Below the pieces are notes generated by a model. It saw only the letters and a program-made list of their open reading frames with translations. It made no database searches and was not told the origin of the DNA. The position numbers and the translations under genes were made by a program. From Neodothiora populina (lineage: Eukaryota), in contig NW_027191414.1 of the NCBI RefSeq assembly GCF_041146345.1, forward strand, positions 1,178,001-1,242,000: a stretch of 64,000 bases of DNA. Direction: 5' to 3'. Within the stretch, counting starts at the first letter, position 1. The number at the start of each line of letters is the position of its first letter. Shown piece by piece: positions 13,430-26,117 of the stretch.

Positions 13430-13956
13430 GACCAGTGCTAGAAACAAGAGAGTATGGAAGAATTGAAGGACTGGAATGGACGTCGCGGAGCTTCCATGAT
13501 GGATGTGTACTGCATCACGTGAGGCTTCAATGGACTTATCTGTATCTTCACGGCTATCAGTAAAGACTTGATAGGAGCCTACCTTAAGGTATGTCAAGGT
13601 GCGAATTATGCATGCAGAATGCTTGCCTGACGCACTAGAGAAGAACAGTCGTGCAGCACACAGGGTAGACCGTGCCAAGCCGATATCTGGCATAGAGAGG
13701 CCCATGACAGCAGGACATTTGGAAAAAGCTCCAATAATATTTATTAATCTGCATGTAGGAATTGCTGAGTCTTGGAGGACAAGGTACTGAAGTATGGAAG
13801 TACTAAAAGATTTTATTGGGTATCAAATGTGTCGACAATCACAATGTCGAAAATGAAACGACTAACAAGGTTCGTCTCTCTAACCGCCCTCTAGATGCAT
13901 TAATATGACATCCAACTTTCTCCCACGTTCTAATCATAGCGCTAGCCAAAGTGGCC

Positions 13957-15612
13957 TCATGCTGTTGGGTACGACATGACCTCTCCTCTTTCTATGCTCT
14001 CCCTCACGCCTACGCTACTTCCCCTACGGCCGAAGTTCCTTGGCTGTCTCTTCAAGAAGGCACCGACAGCGCCGAGATATCCTTCGTGTCGAAGGAAATA
14101 TGCCTGTTTGGAACCTTTGCTCCAGAACTTGATGGCATAAGATAGTGTATGGATGGTCTGTCTATGGCCGCGGATGAAGCTACCACCAAAGTAGATGTGC
14201 TTGAGGTTGTGCTTTTCGGATTGCAAATAAGCAATTTGACCGATGTTGTTGCTAAGGCTTGTTAGCTGCTGCACACTCCCACTACCAGAATCGGAGAAAC
14301 TTACGACACGGCATATAGCAAACTTCTGCTGATGTCCTGCGGATTGAACATTCTACCATCGCCGACCTCTGCCTCAACTGGTGTCTCAGTGATTTTTTGT
14401 TTCTTCTGATCATGCGTCTTCTCATCGGTCGTTTTTCCTTTACCCAAGTTCTGTCCGTCCTCGGCATTCCTCTCTGCCTCTCTCTTACGTTTGAATACTT
14501 TACCAAAAGTGCTAGCGATTGTCTTTTCGCTGAGACCGATCTTCTCATAACCCAAGCCCTCGCCATAGATATCACCAACAAGCAGGTCCACATTCCCATT
14601 CTCACCCTTGTCGGCCATCGCAAGCATTTGATCGAAGGTCCTGGCTCCTGTCAGAAGGCTCAGCAATCCCCAAAGAGTACCGCCTCCGAGTGAGGTTCCG
14701 CCGATTCGTTGGAAATTGTCTGGACCCGAAACCTTGATCATGGAAACTCCAGAACCTATGTTGACGAGGAGGTAAGGATAGACGGTGCGTTGCGATTCGA
14801 TTGAACGATATTGGATCTGTTCTTCTTCGTCTTCATGAAAAGTGAAGACTTCGTTCGGGATCTCTGTGATGAAAAAGTCGAGGCCTAGTGCATAAGAACA
14901 GACAATAGGTCAGCGACAGGCACATGCTTTGCACCACACAAGGGTCACGCGACATACCTTGAATCAAGCATGTCATTTCATCTTCTCTGACCACATCCAC
15001 ACCCAATCTCTCCTTTATGCGATCGTAATATTTGAATGCGCCACCTCCAGTAGCCATAACACAAAGCTCGGATTCTTTGTTCCTCCTCTTACCATCTTTG
15101 GCCTGTGCCCAACCTTGACGCTGCTTGACCTGCAACTCTCGCATGAATTCTATGCATTGATCGATCCTCTCTGTCTCGAATCTAAGGAAGTGCAATCGTC
15201 CACCCCGAACGTCTTCAGCGGGAGCATCGTCAACGGCGCCTTCGAGGCCACTCCCTCTTCTCCCTACTTCCTGACTGAAATACACCACCTTTGCCAGACT
15301 CCCGCCGATATCCGCAGCGACATGACTGACAACGCTCGTATGATTGGGCAAACGGATGTCTCTTCGGTCATGCTCGTAGCCACCGTCATCTGATTGGAGA
15401 GTGTTCTGTTGTTCCGTCTCCGAATCCAAGCTCGCAGGTGAAGGAGGGGAAGGAGAGTTGTCTACGTGATCAATGATGTATGCGCCAGACACATTGATCT
15501 TGATTGTCGAGGGAAACAAGTCCATGTCTACATCGGTAGCCGAACTAGATACTCGACGCCGCTTTGTGGGTGGAGGGTTTGCATAAGTATCCGTCGTCGC
15601 TGAAGGGGGCAT
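13957..15612 (-). CDS. CAB1: Type II pantothenate kinase (fumble family). Exons 15612-14958, 14884-14305, 14251-13957.
   Basis: [73 protein letters not shown]. Canonical introns at 14885-14957 and 14252-14304. Confidence 0.95.
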
Positions 15613-16103
15613 TTCCCTGGTTGATGACAGTCCAAAAGACCGCGCAAAGTCGACAAAAGAGGAAGGTGCGATGCAGACGGTGGGTTTTAGGCAAGTGCGC
15701 TCGTTCAAGAGGTGGTACAGTATGAACCTATAGACAAGACTGCGCAAGAAGAGTTTAAGATGCAGAAAGAGATTGAGCACGGAATATGAGTGTTTGCCAG
15801 TTGCTGAGAACAATCAAAGACACCTATGGGAGAAAGTAATATCGTTTTGGCCTCTGGGAAGTTGGCGATTGCGGAGCTAGAGCTGTGTGGGGTAACTTAA
15901 GCTCCTACCTCCGGAAAGGATGGTTCGGTTGAGATTGTCCCTTTCTGTTCCCTTTTTGTTAAATTGTCGCGTGCAATTTCATCTTTATTTCTTTGTCCAA
16001 CGAATCGTACGATAAGAGAAACAAATGGAATGAGACAAAGAGACAGCAAGACAGCAGGAATGGGATACAAGTGAAAGAAAGTGATTATTCTGCTCATCAC
16101 GAG

Positions 16104-16400
16104 TCACGGCCAAGGTGGGCGTGAGACCATGAACTGCTTGCCTTGTCCAACGTATGATACTGTTTTTTAACCGCCGGCTCTGTCAATTCTCGGACCTCAA
16201 AGTGGACGTGGGGCTTGGGCCGAGGGGCAAGTCGCAAATTGCCCCTGTCCACCCGCCGGTCCGACAAGCAGTAGTGCCAAGGGGTTCGGGGTGAAGCTTT
16301 ACCTTCCTAAGGTGTTCGTATCATTGCTTGGTCGAGTACACCCATCGACCGAGTCAACTCAGAGTGTGTGAGAGTGCTCATGGTAGTACCATGTGGACAG
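16104..16400 (+). ncRNA. Putative structured non-coding RNA or element of unknown class
   Basis: At least six 6-9 bp complementary stems, mostly nested, in a non-coding interval (see findings). One G-T wobble pair favours the plus strand. No known family recognised with confidence. Confidence 0.4.
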
Positions 16401-17040
16401 TCCTCTTTGACCGTATGGTTGCTTCTCAGACTGATGCCGTACACCTAGAGCTCGAGATGAAAACAGATAATGTGTTCCGAGGACAGGACGCTTGTGAGCA
16501 TGACAACCCGCATGGCATTCGTGTTGCATAACGTACCTTCATGTCTCAGCCTTTTTATCAGTAGCAGGGTTCCTGTGCACTGTCGCGAACGACATCTGCC
16601 GCGATTGGCGACGAAGATATACACAAGGCAGCTGTATGCTGTGGTCTTGCAGACTCCGGCTGTACAATAATAGACCATGACATGGAGGAGTGAAGTCCAC
16701 GTTTCGAATGATGTGGGTACAGTCGTAGTAGTCATGCAACATCCATACAATCGCACGCCATACTCCGTGATAGCGTCATCCTTGTGAATGGCATACATAA
16801 GCCTGGCTTCAAAGTGATGGACTATGATCAGTGTTGCGAGTAGAGACCAGCATTGTCACAGTGTCGCTCGATGAAAACGACTCGGAATGGAAGCTGGAAA
16901 AGCTGATACAGAGAAGTTGTGCAAGGTAAGGTAGCATAGGTACTACATCACTTCTAGGTGAGCTGATAGCAGCCGCCCTTGACACGTGTGACTTCCGGAT
17001 ATCTGCGAACTTGAGATGCCCAACATGCCAGCCTTGCCAA

Positions 17041-17070
17041 TGCACCTGCACCTGCACTTGCACCTGCACC
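17041..17070. repeat. (TGCACC)x5 hexamer tandem repeat
   Basis: tgcacc tgcacc tgcact tgcacc tgcacc. Confidence 0.85.
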
Positions 17071-17421
17071 CGCTCCTCGGTACCACCTCGCTTAAACCGG
17101 GGTCTGGTATAGCGTTAGAATCCCTGCTAGATACTTACTCAACTTGAACAAGGTATTTAATATATGCAATATCGGCTACACCTTCACACGAGTTCGATGG
17201 AAGAAGGCTGGGAAACTCTATCGACATCAGCGTCTATCCTTGGATTCCTCTACCAAGGAGTGTTCATAGACATGTGTCGTTGTCTCTGAAATATATAGGC
17301 CATCTATGAGTGAAAAGGTCACACTATCCTCCGATATATGCCGCATCGCATTTTGATTCTAGCAGACCATTGTCGAAAGCTACAATCAGTCACATCTGCG
17401 GCCGACTACAAAAAGACAAAG

Positions 17422-18372
17422 ATGCAACAACAACAGCAGCAGCAGAAGATATGGTTCGCCCTTCCCAGGGAGATCATGGAGCTTCAACTCTCCATGATAG
17501 ATCTGCTGACAGCCATGTTTCCCGAATGGCACGAACTCGACATTGACCCCTTGACTGTATCTCTGATCGAACAGCTACAAGCCTGGTGTGAAGATGAGAA
17601 GATGACCCCTTCATCAGGTGTACCGCCATCATTATCGTTGGCACTGAACCAAACAATCCAAAATACCGGCTACACTGATCAAGCCGCTGCGACTACCGGA
17701 CACTCGATCCAATTAAACATCACAGTACCTCTTCAATCCGAGGATCCAGAGCCCATGGATGCACCACCACTCAGAATCACAGTACGTCAACCAGATTGGA
17801 TGTCCAAAGCCGAAGTGGCGGAACTAAGCACCGGATTGCCGAACGACGACGTCTTCGCCGCAATAGAATATATTCGCGAGCAAGCCCCGAGGTATCTGAC
17901 ATCCTACTTATCCCCCGCTCACTCCGGCGCAAGTGGCCGTGGCAACGAAAGCAGAGCTACGGACCCAACAGGCCCGTTAACACGCGTGTGGTTCTATTTC
18001 CCTTCACTCAGCACGCGCGAGAAGCGCAATGACCTCGTGAACAACGCGCCGCACTACAATCTCACAGGGTTTGTGCTCGCAGGCAAGCCAGGGATGCTGT
18101 GTCTCGAGGGGTCATCGGCGGACATCGACGCGTACATGAAGTTCATCAAGACGGAGTCGTGGGGCGACATCCCGAGCTATCAGAAGAAAGTCAGCGAGCG
18201 CTACAGAGAGCAAGGCACGGATGTGACGAGGGTGTTCGATGGCATGCAGGAGATCACCGATTCGTTGGGGGAGAGACGTGGCGAGAGGGCTAATCGAGGC
18301 GATATGAAGGCGCTCGAGGCTTGGCTCGTGGGTATGGGCTTGGGTGAGGCCTTTGAGCGGGTGATCATGTAG
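17422..18372 (+). CDS. RWD-domain / DUF1115 protein (RWDD2-like). Start may instead be 17338 or a later Met.
   Basis: LPREIMELQLSMIDLLTAMF RWD-like start. C-terminal RVWFYFPSLSTREKR..LTGFVLAGKPGMLCLEG..YMKFIKTESW is typical of DUF1115. Single exon. Confidence 0.8.
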   Translation: MQQQQQQQKIWFALPREIMELQLSMIDLLTAMFPEWHELDIDPLTVSLIEQLQAWCEDEKMTPSSGVPPSLSLALNQTIQNTGYTDQAAATTGHSIQLNITVPLQSEDPEPMDAPPLRITVRQPDWMSKAEVAELSTGLPNDDVFAAIEYIREQAPRYLTSYLSPAHSGASGRGNESRATDPTGPLTRVWFYFPSLSTREKRNDLVNNAPHYNLTGFVLAGKPGMLCLEGSSADIDAYMKFIKTESWGDIPSYQKKVSERYREQGTDVTRVFDGMQEITDSLGERRGERANRGDMKALEAWLVGMGLGEAFERVIM

Positions 18373-18993
18373 ACCGGTTTCTGCAATCGTTGTCGCAGTA
18401 CCGTTCTCACTAATAGGGCATCCGAGCGGCCCTGGCAATCATCTCAAGCATCGAGAAGGCGAATCGAAAGCAGAACAAGGGAGAACGAATCATATTCCAT
18501 GCACATATACAATCGACACAGTTGCTGCAAGAAATATGGATATAATCTGTAGTATTTTGATTCAAGCAGTAAAACGAAAGGAAAATCCTATACAAGGGCG
18601 TGAGTGATCTAAGATCCGAAGAACGCTAACTTCTTCCACCTGCCATTACTTTGCAACCCCACCCCAAGCCTCCCCACACATCCCCCGTCCAGTTCTTTTT
18701 CATTGATCCAAACGAAGGGAAGAAGAGCAGACCGAGAAGGCGGAAGGAAAAAGAGGTGGCATTTGCATACACATTTGGCTGCTCAAAAACACTTCCGGGG
18801 ATAACGAGTCTGTTAATCTTTTTGGGTTTATCTTCTCTCCTCATCTTTTCCTAAAAGTTCAGACCGCTGGGACAAGCAATTGTGCGCGACTTATTATACA
18901 TGACTGTGGGAGAAAGACAAAACAGCTTGTACTGTTCACGCCATCGTCTTTCTCAACCAACCAAAAGCAGAAATAACATCAATAACATCCCAA

Positions 18994-21900
18994 TTACAAC
19001 AGGAGGACTGCGGCGACGGCACCGACAATGACGCTTCCAACAGATCTGGCACCCATCTTGGCACCAGCACCGGCGTAGATCGAGGAAGGTCCAGCGGTAG
19101 GGGTCTGGCCTGCGCCCCAGGTAGAGGCGAGGGTGGTGGTAGGAGTGTATCCAGGCATGCCAGAAACACCAGTACCAGAAGGAGCGGCACCACCGACTGC
19201 ACCGACGACGCTGCTGCCAGCAGGAGCGGCAGGAGCAGTGGAGACGGCAACGGCAGGAGTGGTCGAAGCAGAGACGGTAGCAGGAGTGCCAGCGCCGAGA
19301 CCGACGGAAGGAGTAGGCTGGCCGTTAGGTCCAACAACGGTGGAGGTGATGAACTGAACTTGAGGCACAGTGAGGGTGGTGTGGATAGTGGTGGTGGTGC
19401 TGGAGGAGGGGGATGGTAGCACCAACGCTCTCGCCGGTCGAGTAGGTGACAGGGACGGTGTAGACGCTGGAGATGGTCATGGTGGTCATTGCGGAGGTGG
19501 AGGCCTCAGCAGGAGTGGTGGCAGGAGCCGAGGCAACACCACTGAGGGCGCTGGTGACAGTGGTACCGACGGCGACAACGGAGGTCGAAACGACGGTGCT
19601 GCGGGCGGGGCAGTTGGTAACATCAGCGGCACAGGATGTGATGGTGTTGACCATGGTGCTGTAGACAACGACGGTGGAAAGACCAACGGCAGGGGCAGTG
19701 ACAGGTGCCGAGGAGCCAACAGCTCCGACCTCGGTCGAGGATGGGGCAGGGGCAGAGGCAACAGGAGCGCTGGAAACAGTCACAGTGGTACCAACAGCAA
19801 AGACGCTGGTGGAAACAACAGTGCTGCGTGCGGGGCAGTTAGTAACATCAGCAGTGCACGAGGTGATGGTGTTGTACTGGGTGCTGTAAAGAGTAGCGGT
19901 GACAGGGACAGCAGGAGCCGAGGTGACAGGCGCAGATGAAGCAGGAACAACAGAGCTAGAGCCAGTGACAGCATCAACCTCGGTGGAAGAGGCAACAGGA
20001 GCGCTGGAAACAGTGACGGTGGTGCCGACAGCGAAAACACTGGTGGATATAACGGTGCTGCGTGCAGGGCAGTTGGTGACATCAGCAGCGCATGAAGTAA
20101 TGGTGTTGATCTGAGTGCTGTAGAGAGTAGCAGTGACAGGGACAGCAGGGACAGCGGGAGCGGAGGTGGTGACAGGAGCAGCCTCGGAGGAGGGAGCGAC
20201 TGGAACTGCAGTGGAGATGGTAGTATGGGTAGTGTAGGTGGTAGGGACAACACTGGGGGTGGTAAGGACGATGGTCGATCCGGAGGTGGTCAGAGTGTGA
20301 CCGACAGGGCAAGTGGTGACGGTGGTCTTAACGACATCGGTGACATAGACAGTCGACTGAACAGAAGCAGGAGAGCTGGATCCGACAGCACCGACAAGGG
20401 AGGAGGAGGGACCGCTAGCAGGAGAGGTGGCAGCAGCGGGGACAGTGGTGGTGACAGTGCTCTGGGTGGTAACTGCGGTGGTAATAACGGTAGGAGCAGT
20501 AAGGACGGTAGTGGAACCACCAGTGGTCAAAGTCTGGCCGACAGGGCAAGTGGTAACAGTAGTCTTGACGACGTCAGTGACATAGACGGTAGACTGGACT
20601 GAAGCAGGAGAGCTGGAGCCAACAGCACCGACGAGCGACGAAGATGGGCCACTGGCAGGCGATGTAGCAACAACGGGAACGGTGGTGGTGACAGTGCTCT
20701 GAGTGGTGATGGCTGTGGTGATGACGCTAGGAGCAGTAAGAACAGTAGTGGAGCCAGCAGTGGTCAGAGTCTGGCCAACGGGGCAGGTAGTAACAGTGGT
20801 CTTAACAACATCGGTAACGTAGACAGTCGACTGAACGGAGGCAGGAGAGCTGGAGCCAACAGCACCAACGAGGGACGAGGATGGGGCACCTCCGATGGCA
20901 GTAGCTGGGACAGGAACCTCAGTCGAAACGGTGCTCTTGGAAGTAACAGCGGTGGTGATGACGCTAGGGGTTGCGAGAACAGTAGTAGAGCCACCAGTGG
21001 TGAGGGTGAAGCCAACAGGGCAGGTGGTAACGGTGGTCTTGACAACGTCGGTCACGTAGACGGTGGATTGCAGGGATGCCGAGGTCACGTTAGCAAGACC
21101 AGCGGGGTGAGTTGCAGCAGCACCAACGAGAGAGCTAGGAGTAGCAGCAGCTCTGCAGGAGGAGGGCATAGCGGTGACGAGAGCAACGTTGTTAGGGATG
21201 TCCTTGGCGCAGATACCGACGAGGTAAGAAGCAGCCGAGCAGGTGTATTCACCACCCCACGAGTCGAGACAGTCCATGACGCTGGGAATGAAGTCGGGAA
21301 GCTTGCAGAAGCAGTCAATGTCGGAGGCGTCTTTGCACTCGGTCTTGTGAAGCCAAGAAGCCAAACAGCTAGGAAGGACACCGGGGCAGTTTGCAGACGG
21401 AACGGAGCTGCTGGAGGAGGCAGTGTATGAGACAGAGCCGCTGGCAGCAGGGAAAGTCTTGTTGGGAGCGCCAGTAGGGAAGACGCCGTAGCTGGAAGCA
21501 AATTGGCCGGAGAACACGACAGATCCGACAGAGGATCCGACAGAAACGACAGGCACAGCGGGGAAGCTAGCAGTGCCGTTTGCAGGGAAGCCGCTGGGAG
21601 AACCAGAGACAGGAGAGCTTGCGGTGATGGGGGAAACCTCGGAGGACGAAGTAACGCCACCAGTGGGGAAAGAACCACTGGGGAAAGCGACACCACCGGT
21701 GTGGCCAGCAGGGAAGGGAACAGAGGCGGGAGAGCTGGCAGTCACAGGGGAGACCTCAGAGGATGAAGGTACGCCGCCAGTGGGGTACGAACCACTAGGC
21801 ATGGCAACACCACCAGAGTGTCCAGCGTTGCCGAAACCACCGAGAGAGCCAGAGCCACCAGTAGAACCAGAACCACCGTAAGCACCGGAGCCACCAGTAG

Positions 21901-22855
21901 AACCACCAGTAGAGCCGGAGCCACCAGTAGAGCCACCAAGACCAATGGAACCAGAGCCACCAAGGCCGATAGAACCGCCGGTGGAGCCACCAGTAGAGCC
22001 AGAGCCGCCCATGGAGCCAGAGCCGCCAGTAGAGCCACCGAGACCGATGCCAACGCCAACGCCGCCGGATCCACCAAGAGAACCAGAACCACCAGTAGAG
22101 CCACCGAGGCCGACGCCAACGCCAACGCCGCCGGATCCACCAGTGGAATCAGAGCCACCAGCAGAGCCACCGAGGCCAATACCAACACCGAGGCCGCCAG
22201 AGCCACCGAGGGAACCAGAGCCACCAGCAGCGCCGCCGAGACCGACAGATGCAGAGCCAGTAGCGGATGCAGCAGCGCCAGTAGCGCAGCCGAAGCCGAT
22301 GCTGTGAATGTTAAGAGAGCAACCGCCCTTGCCAGAGCTGACGGATCCAGTAGGTTGGCTGAAGACAACGGAGGTAGCACCACCACATTGGCTGTTCTTG
22401 ATGACGTTTCCACCGTGGGAGCACTTGGACGTTTGCTTGCAGGTAGATCCGTCAGGCATGTGAAAGGTGCAGTCGACGTCGGTGTCGTAAGAAGCCGATA
22501 CTTCCATCTCGGCGATGGAGAATTTGTCACTGTCGCCGCCACATCCAATGGAGGGCTTGCTGGCAAGATCTCCACTGATGCACTTTCCGCCGAAGGTTCG
22601 CTTGGTCAGGCCATCGCGCTTGTTATTGACGTTCTTGCAGGTGAAGCCGCCGAAAGTGTTACCACCGAAGCTGGCCACGGCATTGCCAGGGGTAAGAGAG
22701 CTCCAGTCGAAACCCTTTGCTTGTTCAGACGAACATTTTGCGTCGGAGAGAGAAGGGATGGAGAATGGTTTTGCATCGAGCCAGTTGAGGCCCGTAGCAG
22801 AGATTTGCTGGGCAGCCAGGCCCGAGACAAGGAGTGCCGCAGTAGTGAACTGCAT
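18994..22855 (-). CDS. Mad1-like adhesin / CFEM cell-wall protein with signal peptide, Gly-rich region, Thr-rich repeats and GPI signal. +1 frameshift at 19408-19412.
   Basis: Signal MQFTTAALLVSGLAAQQISA, Cys-rich N-domain (KCSSEQAKGFDW), CFEM-type CPGVLPSCL..C..SDIDCFC..CL..YLVGIC, TTCPVG and TITSC..NCP repeats. The hydrophobic C-terminus GSVIVGAVAAVLLL* is in the shifted frame. Confidence 0.85.
20200..21075 (-). repeat. Four ~237-bp (79-aa) coding tandem repeats in the adhesin
   Basis: QSTVYVTDVVKTTVTTCPVG recurs at ~237 bp spacing (approx. 20304, 20541, 20778, 21015). Confidence 0.9.
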
Positions 22856-25800
22856 GGCGAGTTTGGGGATTAACTATGAGACCGTACTGTATTTGACAGG
22901 AAACTGCCGTGTGTCAATAAAATAAAGAGGGTATATGATATGTAAAACAAGGAGAGCAGAGGAAACGAATGGACTCTAACTCTCGAAAAACAAAAATGAT
23001 AGACAACTTTAGGAAAAGAAACTGAAAGATGGAAGAACCAGAACATTTGAGGTCGAGGACGACTGCTTATAGGGACGTGGGATCTCTCAGTCGAATCTGC
23101 TCGTCCTGTGAAACATCGCGTACAGACCTCCTTCGACGTCGGACCCGCATACGCTTCGCGGACGAAGCAATGGCGTCGCATTGGGCCTACCACAGGTCAG
23201 TGCACTACAGAGTCAGCAAGTCTATCACGTTTGAGGCGTCTGAGACTGGAACAAGAGCGAGTCGTGATCTGAGCACATCCGGTTTTAGGCTCGCTCCAAT
23301 GCAGGAACCATAGCGGCAACAAACAGTGCTCCTGAAGGATAACTTTCGATCTTCGCGGGGTAGCTACTTTAGAATGTATGGCAGACGGCGGCATTGGCCA
23401 TCCCCTGTTGATGATCGATGGTAGGAGAATACACTCTGGTTGGACGATGAGCCGCTTGTATGGTCCGGGTACGACGGGAAGCCACCTGTTTCACCTAGGT
23501 GGGCGACAAAAAGGGCAGCCAATAGTCTAGAGGGGTGGACGTAGCACTGCTCTGTATGGCAGGTCGGGAAATGAATAGATTGGGATCCACTCTGCTTTCG
23601 GCCATGAGGGTCTGACTCCTTACCGTCTGTGGACTGATACTGTGCTATGCTCGACCGGGTGTTTACCGCCGCAGGAACTAATAACAGATAGCGGTCTATT
23701 GGACGTGTAATCGTGGAATAAGCTCAATGTTAATCGACATCTCTTGAACACGAGTGAACAGCTCCCTTGTTTCACATGGCATGCAGCAGTGGTTCAGCTC
23801 GTACTCGAATCTCATGAGTACGAGGTCCTGCATCGCAGATGCCAAAGACGAATAGCTATTGATGTTGCAACATGCATTGTGGGGCAGACCGTTGAAGGGT
23901 AAACGGCGACATGCGAACACCTGCAACGGTCGAAACGGAGTTCACGGACCCTGAAATGTTTGGCCAAAGCGAGGCGCTTTTCTTACCAAGCGTGGTGCCT
24001 GACTCAAGACCTGCATATCAACTTAATTGACTCAGTCTCCCAAAGAAGCCAATGTGTGGAGGTGGCGATGCTCACTCGTCTCTTTCTTCAGGGTCATTCT
24101 GCCGGTCGGCACAGAAATGCGCCTGGTTATGGGCTGTGGGCCACAGTGAGGGATCGAGCACGTATAACGAAATTGCCCTTCATCAATCGTTTGTGCATTG
24201 GTTTGCTTCGAATCTCTGCTTTACCTTCCAGATAATTGCTACCGCCGATCTTATGGTGAAGCTCGTAAGCTCTTCAGAGTACAGAGTAACATCAGGTCTT
24301 GAACTATGGATCATCGGCACCATGTTTCGACACAAAAAGTAAATGTATCTAGGTATTCTGGTCTATAGGTAGAGGGCATGCCTAACCGAAGCTGAATTCT
24401 GGACTACCCAAGGGTTCGAGTCTGGGTCGTTTCATGATGCTTCTTGGCATTAATCCTGAAACATTACTCCACTTGCTATTACTTTCTACGTTCGCTCTAG
24501 AGCGGATAGGTCCGACGCCCTACCTCGTATCTCGAAGCGTGGCTCTTGGTTTTGTAAGTGAAAGGTGAACATCTCTACGGGACTCGCTTAGTGCGCACTA
24601 CCTCGGCTCGCGGGCAGGGGAAGATCTCCGATATGTGATCACGTTATGGCCCACTGTGATCGAGGTCATGAAGTTACTATTTTTGAGCCATGTTTGTCAG
24701 GCTAAGTGACCATAAAAACCTCACCTTTAGGGGCGTGATATTAAGTTTCTCCCTCCCTCGGAGATTGAGCTCAGGCTGTGCTGATATGCGATTATCTGAA
24801 AGCGAATACCTCATCGATATACGCCACATAGGAGGAACAGAAGCGACAATTACTGTTTACAGACTGACTAAAGCCGCGGGTTGACCGATATTTTTCATCC
24901 AGTGCGGATGCAAGGCTCTTCCTGCCTCTAGATCCGGTCAGTGAACACGGAATCTGTTATTCTCTGACTCTGTCAGACTCTCGTAGACGGGCTAGATATT
25001 CACCCTAAGAGACTTGTGCAGTCTTACAGTACGCCCCCGGAGACTACTGTGAGCTCCGACAAGTTGGATTGTCCTGACTTCCGGGGGCGGTCTTCGCTAA
25101 TGTCCGTTCGTGATCGTCAACCGAGTCCCACGTGGAATACAGACAGAACTCACGCGTGTTTTCATATAGTTCTCGTATTTGGGTGTAGTGCCCATCTCCA
25201 GAGCATCGGCCTTAATCCGCCGGTATTGGAGCTTCGTTCAGAGTCATTGCGGACCTCTTCAGAAGCGATTCCGGGGCTGGGTCGATCCAATACCAGTGTC
25301 TTATATCTACAATACTCGTTCTGTCTCTGTGAGCTCGTGCCTGCGTCGAGATCGCCTTTGATATGCTCTGATTTGGTGCATGGCTCCTCGAATCTTGGTG
25401 GGTCAAAATATCGAAACCCCTTTTGTGGCTTTGACCATGCACCGTACTGATGAGAGCAAAGTCCAGAGTAAGGAAAGAGGCAGACCGCTTCCTGATCCAC
25501 TGCTGCATCTCGTAGACCTTCACTGTTGATCATATGTCGACATACCACCGCAACACATGCTAATTGATGAGGTTGTGCATGAGAATAGAACACAACAGGC
25601 TGGGGCTATCACCCTTTGATTGACAGCATACAAGTACTTTACAGCACTGACCAGACAATTCGAAGCGTCGACGCCGAATCTTACACCTCATTAGGAACAT
25701 CGTATTACCTCCTTCCCCTATCTCGAAATGACTGCCAAATCGAAAGCGTCGCCCAACCATGTTGCTATACCTGGTGAGCATGCATGCCTGCGTAGAATAC

Positions 25801-26082
25801 GGAAAATTGAGCAAACCTTACGTCACCTTCCCTGAGTAGACTTTGATTCAAGCCTGCATAGACAACATAATCAAACGACTGGACCATACCAGACAGTCAC
25901 ATAATCTGGGCTTGTCCGGGGTAAAATCAGAGCATCGAGTAATGCTATATACCGCGATCTCCTTCCTGCGACCAACGCAGACAATTGATCTCCACTAGCA
26001 AGTTGATGTCAGCAGTTGATGTCAGCTCTTCTTCGCACGTAAATCATTATTGAAGTATTGTACTTATACTGCATTGCGTCAA

Positions 26083-26086
<4 letters not shown>

Positions 26087-26116
<30 letters not shown>
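26087..26116. repeat. (CT)n microsatellite
   Basis: TC dinucleotide run. Confidence 0.9.

Positions 26117-26117
<1 letters not shown>

Noticed and set aside
16104..16400. Assigning the structured element to RNase P/MRP, SRP, U3, telomerase RNA, TPP riboswitch or snR30
   Set aside because: The diagnostic conserved motifs are absent or only imperfectly matched, so it is left unclassified.
21818..22873. 351-aa and other long plus-strand ORFs over the adhesin
   Set aside because: Antisense shadows of a repetitive, codon-biased gene, with low-complexity products.
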